A stretch of 64,000 nucleotides of DNA, from positions 2,170,001-2,234,000 of the forward strand of contig OZ218957.1 in NCBI GenBank assembly GCA_965112735.1. The letters are read 5' to 3'. The notes beneath the pieces are model-generated. The model made no database searches. It was not told the DNA's origin and was given only the letters and a program-made list of their open reading frames with translations. The stretch's first letter is position 1, and the number at the start of each line of letters is the position of its first letter. Position numbers and translations under genes: made by a program. This DNA is from Phaeosaccion multiseriatum. Its lineage: Eukaryota > Protista > Ochrophyta, other classes. Below, piece by piece: positions 10,801 to 20,736 of the stretch.

Positions 10801-13800
10801 GAGGGGCATATAGAAGTGCGAGTTGGTAGGCGGGAGCGCCGCGTCGCGCTGGTGGCGTATGGTGTTGCTCCATGTCGTTGGTGCGTGTCCATGCGTGTCT
10901 GTTTCGAGTGATGCTGTCTCTTCCTCGTGCGTCGTGGGGGGTGGTCGTACGAGGTCGGCGATGGCCTCGGCCGTGTTGTGGTGGGTCAGTTCCGTCGCGG
11001 TGAGGTTTAGGCTTGCGAACTCAGCGCTGATGCGTCGGCTGGCGGATGCTGGCGCTTGTTCGTTGAAGAAGAGGTTCGGGTGTTGCCGTATGGGGGTCGT
11101 GGCTGTGAGGTGGGTGTCTTCGTATTCGTCTTGGAGGATGGAGACGATTTGCTCTGTGATCCCGTGTGCGTTTCTGTGAGTTGACGCGTTGGTGGTTTGG
11201 GCTGGATCTGAGGCTCGGAAAGTGGCGGTTGGCCTTTCCGGGCTGCGTGCTCGGGGGGTCCTGCTTCGTCCCCTTGGCCTCGTGGTTGGCTGCATGGGTG
11301 CTGGGCTGGTCGCTGTGGGGGGTGGTGCTGTTGTAGGGCCTGTTGTCTCGCTGGCGGGCGTGGTAGATCTCCTGGCGGCTGGTGCTGTTTGTTGCCGTGT
11401 CGTTGAGATCGGTTGTGGTTGCTGCTGCTGGGGGTGGGCTTCCGCTGCTGTTGCTGTGGGTTCCGTGAGTGCTGGTGGGAGCTGTGGGTCCTGCGGGAGG
11501 GTGTTGCGGGGTGCTGCGGCCGCTGGTGGAGCCGTGATGGGGGTGGGCACGCCTTCCCGTGCTGGTGTTTGGCGAATTGCTGCTGCCGCTGCCCGTCTCT
11601 CCCTTCTTTCGAGCCGCTGCTGATCGCGGCTCATAGGTGGCTCCTGCTGGGTTGCTGTGAGGTTTGCTGGTGTCTCCTGGGCTCCGGGGGGCCGCGTGGC
11701 CCCCCTGTCGTCCCCTTCCATGGTGGCCCTGTCTTAAGCAGAAAAAAAAGAAGGGTGTGAGATGTATATTAGAGCTTATGGGCTCAGTATTGGAGCGCTC
11801 GAGGTAAGTTGTAACCATGTGTAGATGCGTGTATGTGTGGTATTGATGGAGCGTGAGGTGGAGGGGAAGAGGATGGTAAGGGTGGTAGAGTAGAGGATAA
11901 TGGGGAATGGGAAGGGAGTGAAGGGGGGAGGAGGAGATGAAGGGGTGTGGGAAGGAGTGAGGTGGTGGAGGTGATATGTGAACTAGCCTACTGTGGGTGG
12001 TGCGGGTGACAAGGCGTGACTAACTGTGGTTGCTATGCTGTGTGCTGATGGTCTCGCTGTCTGCTGGCTGGTGTACTCCTGCTCCTCAGGCGGCCGCTCC
12101 GTCGATGGCTCCCATGAGCCCCCAGTCGAGGGTTTCTGCTGCTTCGTGCTGCGTCATGGTGGCTCGAAGGAGGGTGCCATACCTGATCTCCCGCTGTGAG
12201 AGGGCGCGTTGAAGGGCGAGGGACAGTTGTTGGCGCAGGAGGCCCTTGATGGGGCCCGTGGCTGCCGCCGCTGCGGGGCCGAGCCCTCTTGATGCCTTGT
12301 GGATGGCCATCGCCTCGATGAGCTCGTCCGTTTGGTGGCCCAGTCTGCCGTACGTCTCGATTGCAATGCACTTCAGGGTTGAAGTCCCGGGCAGAAAACT
12401 GCCCAGGTAGTGGGTGCGCTTGCGTTCTTCGGCGGCGGCTGCTGCGTGGCCTGGCGTGGTGGAGGCCCGTCCCACGTGAGTGGGGGCGGTGGGGTTGGTG
12501 ACGGTGATGTCGCAGAGGAGGTTTCTCCGCAGGGGTGCGTCCGCTCCCGGGAAGCTACCTGCGGGATAGGTCAGGTCCATGCGTAGGTCTCGGCCTGCTC
12601 GGGTGCCCGTGGGGCCGTCGAAGCAGGTCTGGTCCTCTACACGTGCTCCTCCAATGCCCACGCTGTGCATCATCCTCCCGAAGGCCTTGACGAGGAGGTG
12701 GTGTGTGTGGTTGTGGAGGCCGGTGCGGGGGCAGATGGTGGCGTGGGTAGTGCTTGCCGTGCGGGCGCAGCCTGTGCCAAGGCAGGGTGGGGGCGGGTCC
12801 GCGTATGGCGTGTTGACACCGAGGTTGCGACGAAGGGCCATGGTCCATTCTGCGGGGGCCATGGTGTTGTGGCCGTGGGGGAGCGCTCCGAGGAAGGCCA
12901 TGGCGCCCCTTCCTCGCTGTGAGTGGAGTCGGGCTGTTGCCATTTCCTGTGTCTCCTCTCCCCTCTGTGCCTCTGCCGGTGTGACGTCGATGGTGGCGAT
13001 GCTCTGCGTCAGCTCCTCATGGCGGCGTTTGTGGATGAAGGTGGTGAGGGCCTTCTGGACGCCGTGGGTCGGTTGACGGCCTGCCTGATGGCTCCTGCGC
13101 ACGTTGCGTCGCGCTGTGTCCTGGGCTTGGTGGTCAGGCGGCTCGAGTACGCGTGAGCGGGCCTCGTCGAACTGTGCCTGACCCACTGCTTGGATGAGGG
13201 GGGCCTCAGGGACCCCCTCCTCGTGCAGGAGGTTGACGCTGTCGGCGACGCTCTTGAGGGCTCCGTTGGTGAACAGCTGGTCCGGTAGGGCGCTCTCTTG
13301 GGAGCCTTCCCGGCGTGCGGTGCGGCTGAGCAGGGGGGGAGGGTGAGCATCTTGTTGCCAAGGTATGCTGCTGGGGCGATGTCGTGGAGGCTGGTGAGGC
13401 CGAGGCCGCCGAAGCGCCGTGCCGTATGCATTTGTAGGCGCTGTGTCTCCGTCCATGGCTCCTCTTGTGCATCTGCGGCCTGCTCCAGAGGGGGGCATCG
13501 GGGAGTCGCATGATGTGGGCCATTGTCGCTCTGTTGGTGCGGTCTGCCCTGCTGCCGAGGGCGCGTCGGAAGATGGAGGGGTCAATGGCTCTCGCCAGGT
13601 GTGTGAGCCTGGCTGGGAGGCATTGGAGGAGGACGAGGGTGGCCGCCTGGGTGTTGTCCCACTCGCTGCAGTGTTTGGCGAGTTGGAGGTAGCCCCTGGG
13701 GTCTTCTTGGCCGAGGATGTTGCGGAGGTACTCTTCGATGTACTCCTCCGTGCCGACGGGGATGCCGGCTACCACGGTACCCTCGGTGGCAAGTGTGGCG

Positions 13801-16800
13801 CCCTGCCGTTGGGCGTGGTCCCTGTCAGCCTGTGTTGGCTGCTTGCCTTTGCCCATGAGGTAAACCGTTTTCCTCTCGTTGAACTCGAGGCCCAAGCCTC
13901 GGAATTGGGCTTGGAGATGGGCATGGCGTGGGGCGTAGGTCTGTAGGGGTGCGTCGGGTTCCAGCTGGTCCATGAGGTCGTCTGCGTAGGCGGAGATGGT
14001 GGGGCGGTTCGCTGCGGTGTCGGCTGTGTTCTGAACTTTCAGCACTGGGTGGATGGCGGCTGCGAACATGAGAGGCCCTTCTGGTGCTCCTTGGTTGACT
14101 CCGGAGCTCTGGTGGATGGTCTGGGTGCCGTCTGGTGTGAGGGCGTTGTGGGCGGAGGCGTGGGAGAGGCTGGCGATGGCGTAGTTGATGCCTGCTGGGT
14201 CGATGGTAGGGAGTGCTCCTGAGGCTAGGACGCCTCTGGCACGCGACACGCGGGTGTAGACCTTGGTGATGTCATGCAGCACGACGGTTTTGCCGGCATC
14301 GTGCGCTAGCTGGGCTGCTGCGGCGTGTGTTTCCCCTCCGCCTCTGACCGCTACCGCTAGCTGTCCTGCGCTTCTGAGCTCTGGGCCCACCCTGTCCGCG
14401 ATGAGCTTCATGTGACAGCTCTCCACGAGGCTGCGGTAGAGGTTGGGGGATGTCACAGGACGCGCTTTCTCGCCGAGGGCTGCGGCGCTGGTGCTGAACC
14501 ACCGTTTGGCGAGCTGTGGAGGCAGTGGAGTGTCCCCCGTTCGGAGCAGCTCGTAGGTGTCAGTCAGAGCCTCCACGATTGCGTACTCCTGGGGGCTGTC
14601 CGGGGGGTACTTGACGTGGCTCGCCCTGCGCCCGTCTGCTCCTTGGCCCTTCCAGAAGTTGACCCTCCGGTAGGTCAGCAGCATGGCTGTGCTGATCTCC
14701 TCTCTGGTGACGTCGTTGCCATTCTCGGGGTGCTCCTGCACCTGGGTTCTGGCGTACTCCCTGGCTGCTGCTGCTGCTGTGTTGATCTCTTCGAGGCTCT
14801 CGTCGACGTGCGCTTGCTGGAGGCGTCTAAAGGTCTCGTGTGTGGGAGGGAGGTGGCCGTCTCTGCTCTTTGTGCTGAGCCTCGCCGCGGCCTTGTGCAG
14901 GCCTCCGGGTTTGGTGAGCAGGTGGGCGCAGGTTTCTCTCCGTCGCTCCTCTGTCTGTGCCTGTGCTGGGGGTGGTGGGCGGCGTGCGTGTGCTGTGGCT
15001 ATCGCTGCTTGTGCGAGTGGGGCGATGTCGAGGTCGAGGACCATCTGTATCCGCTGCTGGCGGCTGTAGGCTCCGTCTTTAGAGAAGAGCATGGCAGGGA
15101 GGAGGTGGTGGAAGACATCCCATGCCAGAAGGGTGTGGAGGGTGGCGTCGGTGGGGCCGTTCTTGTGGGCCCTCAGCGCCCTGTTCCAGTTGTTGAGCGC
15201 TCTTTGCTGTAAGCTGATAATCGAGCTGACGTGGCGGGGGTTGCACTGCGCTACTGTCTCAAACACGAGTGTTGAGAGGATGGTACCCTGCGGGTCCAGG
15301 GCCCCTAGGCGGAGGACGTTTGGGTGCTGCATGGGCCATCCTTCCTCGGGTGTATCGTCGTTGGCTGGCCCTTCTCCGTCCCCTCCGTCCCCGCCGCTAC
15401 CTCCTTGGCCTCTGCTCCGTCCTCCTCCCCCTCGTCTCGCTGCTGCTGCTGTGGTTCCTTGCGTGCGTGTGCTATCTCCCCCTGCCCTTTCTCTCTGAGG
15501 TCCCCTCTCTGCTGCTGCTCCTTGTCCGTTTCCTTCCCCCCTCCCTCGTCCTCCTCTTCCTCCTTCTACTCCACTTGGCGCTGCTGCGATTGCTCCTCCT
15601 CCTCCTCCTCCTCCTCCTCCTCCTTCCGCGTGCCCTCGCCCTCCTCCTCTGCCCGTGGGGGTGGTGGGTTGGTACGGGTTGAGCCTGGCCGTTGCTGTCG
15701 TGTGCTGGGGCGTTGCCGTACGCGACGGGTCCTCGTTTGGGTCTGGGCCTAGATAGGCGTTCTCGAGGTCGTTGAGGGGGCCTTGGTAGGCCGATGCTGC
15801 GTTGCCTTGGGTGAGGATGGTCCTGAGGGCGGGGATGGCTCGTTGAGCTTGGTAGCCAGCCATGCAGCCTTGCGCGGGGCAGGGGAGGTTGCCTGGTGGT
15901 ATGACGGGCTGCTGGTTGGCTCTCCTCAGTGTGGCTTGGTCGTTCAGGTGGTGAAGGAGGCACGCGGGGTGAACGGTGTGTTGGCAGCGTCGGGTGCGTA
16001 CTGGCCACTCCGTGGTTGGTGCGATGAAAGGGGGGTCCGCGTCTGACATGCATATGCAGCATATCGGGGCTGGGGGGGCGGTAGGTTGGGGTGGGGGTGT
16101 GTGTCGGGTGGTGGGGGGTGGCTGGGACTGGCGGCGTCGCCCTTGGCTGGCCTGCGCGTGCTGCTGATGCGACTCTCTGCGCTCCCTCGCTAGGCGATCC
16201 CTTGCGCGGCCCATAGCTCTCCCTCCTTGTGCTGTGATGGCCTGCTCGATCGTGTGCCGGTAGCAGGGGTTGCGGCAGTAGGGGCAGAGGTGGTCGTTGC
16301 GGTTGGGGTACCTGCTCATGACTCCCAATGCGCAGTGGTTGTGCACGTGATGTTCGCCTTCGTGCATGGCGACTTGTGCTTGGCCAGTGAGCGGTTCCAT
16401 ACACACCGGGCAGTTGGGTAGCTCCTCGTTGTTGGTGGGGTCGCCTCCTCCTTCTCCTTCGTCACCTCCTCCCGCTGCTTGCCCTTCCCCTCCTTCTGCC
16501 GCTGCTTCCCGTGCCAGTGCTGGGCGCTCTCCTCCGCCTCTGCTGTTTTCGCCCTCTTCCCCCCTGCTACTACTCTTCCTTCGCGGTCTCCTCGTCCCCC
16601 TCCCCTGTGTCCCGCTCGCTCTCCTCTCCCTCCTCCCTCCTGGTCGTGCTCTCGTGTAGTGTCTGTCCCACCTGCTCTTGTCGGTGGGGGCATGCTTCGA
16701 GCTCGTTGGATGGTTGGCGGTGCTGGTAGGCTTGCGGCTTCGTGTGCTCGTATGCAGGCGTTGCATAGGGGTTGTCGTAGGCCTGATTGCGGGAAGCGGG

Positions 16801-19340
16801 TAAGGAAGGATCTGCCGGAGTTTCGGTGGGCCAGGTTGCCGCATCCACTTGTGCAGTCCCGGAGCTGGTACGTATTATTCTGTGGTCCGCTCTGTGGGCC
16901 GTTGGCGCGGTACCACAGGATTGACGCGGCCTGGGGGTGGTGTTCGCGCATCCATCGGTCCCACTCTCTGCCGCGGTTCGGGTGGTGGCTCGACTGGTGC
17001 CTGATGAGGCGGTCTCTTGTGTTGCCTACCGTGACGAAGGTGTCGTGGCATTCGCCAAAGTTGCAGAGGATGCCCCCTTGAATGTTTCCATTGTCGGGGT
17101 GTCTTCGGTACACTCGGGCGTTGTTGGGGTTGTCCTCCGGTGTTGGTGGGCTGGGTGTGGTTGCGTCGCTTTGGGCGGGGGGTGGTGGCGGTCCTGGTGC
17201 GGTTCCCCGGGGGGCCTGTCTCGTGCGTAGGGCGAGGGCTTGCCCCGGCGCCCACCACGGTGTGGCCATGGTGTTGGCGAAGGGGGAGGTGGTGGTGTTG
17301 TTGGTGTGGTCGCGTAGGGCGTGGCCGTAGCGCTCAACGATGGCTTGGACGTCGGGTAATACCGCGATGAGTTCCTCCTGTCGTGAGGCGGTGATGTAGT
17401 CGTTGACCAACTCGTTGGAGGTGATCTCTTGGCCTGCGAGCGTGTGGGCATAGGCCTCCACGATCTGTTGCCATCCAAGGGGGTAATCTCCTCCCCCATG
17501 TGGTCTTCCGGGGGTGGTGGGGGGGCCTCCGCTCCTTAGAGCTTGTCTGAGGAGGGGCATATAGAAGTGCGAGTTGGTAGGCGGGAGCGCCGCGTCGCGC
17601 TGGTGGCGTATGGTGTTGCTCCATGTCGTTGGTGCGTGTCCATGCGTGTCTGTTTCGAGTGATGCTGTCTCTTCCTCGTGCGTCGTGGGGGGTGGTCGTA
17701 CGAGGTCGGCGATGGCCTCGGCCGTGTTGTGGTGGGTCAGTTCCGTCGCGGTGAGGTTTAGGCTTGCGAACTCAGCGCTGATGCGTCGGCTGGCGGATGC
17801 TGGCGCTTGTTCGTTGAAGAAGAGGTTCGGGTGTTGCCGTATGGGGGTCGTGGCTGTGAGGTGGGTGTCTTCGTATTCGTCTTGGAGGATGGAGACGATT
17901 TGCTCTGTGATCCCGTGTGCGTTTCTGTGAGTTGACGCGTTGGTGGTTTGGGCTGGATCTGAGGCTCGGAAAGTGGCGGTTGGCCTTTCCGGGCTGCGTG
18001 CTCGGGGGGTCCTGCTTCGTCCCCTTGGCCTCGTGGTTGGCTGCATGGGTGCTGGGCTGGTCGCTGTGGGGGGTGGTGCTGTTGTAGGGCCTGTTGTCTC
18101 GCTGGCGGGCGTGGTAGATCTCCTGGCGGCTGGTGCTGTTTGTTGCCGTGTCGTTGAGATCGGTTGTGGTTGCTGCTGCTGGGGGTGGGCTTCCGCTGCT
18201 GTTGCTGTGGGTTCCGTGAGTGCTGGTGGGAGCTGTGGGTCCTGCGGGAGGGTGTTGCGGGGTGCTGCGGCCGCTGGTGGAGCCGTGATGGGGGTGGGCA
18301 CGCCTTCCCGTGCTGGTGTTTGGCGAATTGCTGCTGCCGCTGCCCGTCTCTCCCTTCTTTCGAGCCGCTGCTGATCGCGGCTCATAGGTGGCTCCTGCTG
18401 GGTTGCTGTGAGGTTTGCTGGTGTCTCCTGGGCTCCGGGGGGCCGCGTGGCCCCCCTGTCGTCCCCTTCCATGGTGGCCCTGTCTTAAGCAGAAAAAAAA
18501 GAAGGGTGTGAGAAGCTGTCACAGCAGGGAGGATTGTGCATTAGGCACGGAGCTGTGAGAAAGACGTGTACTGTGGAGGGGTGTGAGAAGCAGTCAAGGC
18601 AGGGAGGATTGTGCACTAGGCATGGGGCTGTGAGAAAGAGGTGTACTGTGGAGGGGTGTGACAAGTATGCCCAGGGTGGCTGTGGTGGGATGTGTACACG
18701 CCATGCTCGAATGAAAAGGGAGGGAGCGGAGCAGACGGAGATTGCCCAGTGCACGCCTAAACCCAAGCGAGGAGCTGCCACTGACATCAATAGGGGAGGA
18801 AGGAAGAGGGCGAAGTTCCCCCCTTCAGTTGAGGGAGGGGAGAGGCAACAGGAAGAGAAGGAAGCAGCGGAGGAGGATGGGGATGGAGTAGGTTTGCTTG
18901 CGAGGCTGGGGCTTCATGTCGGGGATGAGATTCAGCTTCCCAATGGTCTGTGGAGAGAGCTGGAAGATGCTGCTGCCGACGCTGCCATAGCCTGCTGGGG
19001 CCACCGGGACAGGGAGCTGTCGAATGGCGTAGTGGTGTATGTGGGCCAGAGTAAGGTGTTGCTGCTGCCCCATTACGCTGTGCGCACCAAGAGGAAGGGG
19101 ACCAGCCTGGAGAGCACAATTCGAGGCTTTGTGTCTGCCTACCAGCGCTGTCGCTCAGGAGGAGGAGGGGGTGAAGAGGATGACGAGAAGCAGCAGGACG
19201 AGTGGGAGGTGCTGGAGGAGGGCATGGTGGTGGCGAGTGAGAAGAAGAGGCGGGGACGGAAGGCGCTGCGAGCGTGCGTGCGTGTGGGGGGCGTGACAGG
19301 GGCTTGTGCTGGTGCTGATACCTCGGGACTGGGGATGTAG
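4855..19340 (+). CDS. Zinc-finger-like repeat protein, copy 2, split by the retrotransposon pair (4855-5011 and 18501-19340)
   Basis: Left part ends ...KTCTVKGCE; right part resumes EGCEKLSQQGGLCIRHG and continues nearly identical to copy 1 to the same TAG. Confidence 0.85.
5012..11749 (-). mobile_element. CRE-clade non-LTR retrotransposon, copy A (6,738 bp)
   Basis: RT motifs RPVT, QLAVAVRGGGE, HDITKAYTRVSR, GVNQGAPEGPLMF, YADD (7227-7238), GLEFNERKT, GIPVG; thumb GGLGL; CCHC knuckle CLGTGC...HATIC; restriction-like endonuclease RMD...DITV...EERKRTHY...IETYG. No APE domain, no LTRs. Confidence 0.93.
5335..11721 (-). CDS. Retrotransposon polyprotein, copy A (ACP-like, C2H2, 2x RING, RT, CCHC, RLE), broken by frameshifts at homopolymers
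   Basis: Joined from ORF-track pieces 10582-11721, 9564-10709, 8554-10092, 7814-9652, 6258-7826 and 5335-6705; every frame change falls in a G/C run. Confidence 0.8.
11763..18500 (-). mobile_element. CRE-clade non-LTR retrotransposon, copy B (6,738 bp), head-to-tail with copy A
   Basis: Near-identical to copy A with period 6,751; YADD at 13977-13988; flanked on both sides by GAAGGGTGTGAGA (11750-11762 and 18501-18513). Confidence 0.93.
12086..18472 (-). CDS. Retrotransposon polyprotein, copy B; about 2,130 codons if three homopolymers each gain one base
   Basis: ATG in GCCACCATGG context at 18472; ORFs 16316-18472, 13206-16844, 13009-13431 and 12086-13585 join at runs near 16560, 13490 and 13335. 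Confidence 0.82.
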
Positions 19341-20216
19341 TGACGCGAAGCCGTCCAGCTCATCTCCTGCGTATCTTTGCCACGGTGAAGCTTGGCTTGC
19401 ACCATCGTACCATGGTGGGTGGGTGGATGAGTGGGTGGGTTTGGGTGGGTCGGGGGGGGGCTAGGGGGTTTTGGAGGTCGGAGGCTTGGGGCAGGAGACA
19501 GCGGAAGACCGAGGGCATCGACGAGGAGAGAGAGGGGAGGAAGTGTCTGCGAGTCTTGTCCAGGGGGTTGTGGGTTGGAATAAGCCAACAGGGAGGAGGG
19601 TAATGGGGCGAGTGACTTTCACGCCTTGCCACCGCCATGATGGACGCTGGGAGTGTTCTTGGTAGAAGCAGTACTTTAGATAGAGGCTGGTGCCTATCCT
19701 GTGAATTCCCTAGCGGGGTTGAGTTCAGACATCTCTGCCCCGTGCTTGACGTGACCCGTACACACGGACTTGTGTGAAGCAGCTGCGCCCTGTCGCCCTT
19801 ACGCCGGGCCCTCGCTGCTGCTCTGCTCTGCTCTGCTCTGCTGCTGTTGCCCTCTGGATGTATTCATGTGTGTTGTGTTGGCTGTGCAGGGAGGCGGCGG
19901 GAGCACGGAAGGCATGAGCCGGGTCAAAGCTACCGACGAGGAGGGGCCTTTCCTCTTTGACTTTGCTTTTGATTAGATCACTTGCATCTTCTATGATTCG
20001 GTTGTGGGATGGAGGAGAGGTTCTCAGGCTGTGAGGCCATCAGGCTGGGCTGCTGTAGGCTGGGCTGCTCTCTTGCTGTCAGGCTCCCATACTCATCATG
20101 GCGATGTGACTGACGTCGGAGGCAGCAGGGAGCTCATGCACACGACACTCGAGGCGGGAGTGGCGAACAGGTCGTTAGGTCAATAGGGAGTGCGATTGAC
20201 AAATGAATGAAGAAAA

Positions 20217-20490
20217 TCGGCTCCAGGCGAGGTTTCTCGGGCTTTAGGCTTCTGGGCCGTAGCCCCCTCCAGGCTTCGGGCTTCTGGCCGCAGGCCAGTG
20301 GTCAGGCTTCAGGCTTCTCAGGCTGGGATAAAAATGGGGGACTTGGCAGGCTTCTCGCTACTTTCTGCAGGCTTCTGGCCGCAGGCCAGCCGCAGGCTTC
20401 TTACTTTCGGCCGCAGGCCGCCGCAGGCCGCCGCAGGCCGCCGCAGGCTTCTGCTTTATCGGGGGCCCGAGAAACCTCGCCTGGAGCCGA
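20217..20490. mobile_element. MITE-like element 1 (274 bp, 26-bp perfect terminal inverted repeats)
   Basis: TCGGCTCCAGGCGAGGTTTCTCGGGC (20217-20242) is the exact reverse complement of 20465-20490; interior has many same-orientation AGGCTTC and GCCGCAGG repeats. Confidence 0.8.
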
Positions 20491-20499
20491 CGCCCTCCC

Positions 20500-20555
20500 C
20501 GACCCTCCTCTTTTCGACCCTCCTCTTTTCGACCCTCCTCTTTTCGACCCTCCTC
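20500..20555. repeat. 15-bp tandem repeat, about 3.7 copies
   Basis: CGACCCTCCTCTTTT repeated. Confidence 0.9.
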
Positions 20556-20736
20556 CTCATCCAAACTCTCTCTCTCTTCGAAGTCTCTCGGCCAGCCAGC
20601 CTCTCGGTCAGTAGGCCTCGGTCAACCAGACAGCCAGGCAGTCAGCCAGACAGGCAGTCAGCCAGGCAGTCAGTCAGCCAGACAGTGAGTCAGCCAGTCA
20701 GCCAGCCAGCCAGCCCGTTCTCACCAGCTCAGGAGC

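Larger units (their letters stand above)
4505..20199 (+). repeat. Segmental duplication unit 2, interrupted by a 13.5-kb retrotransposon tandem
   Basis: 4505-5011 and 18501-20199 align with unit 1. Confidence 0.9.

Noticed and set aside
5012-18500. LTR retrotransposon, group II intron or pure assembly duplication
   Set aside because: No gag, protease, integrase or LTRs and no group II termini; RT plus RLE motifs are non-LTR. The copies differ by clustered synonymous SNPs and are separated by a target-like 13-mer, which argues against a simple assembly artefact, though long reads should confirm.
5279-18511. Many plus-strand ORFs inside the retrotransposons
   Set aside because: Antisense shadows of a GC-rich coding strand with no recognisable motifs.
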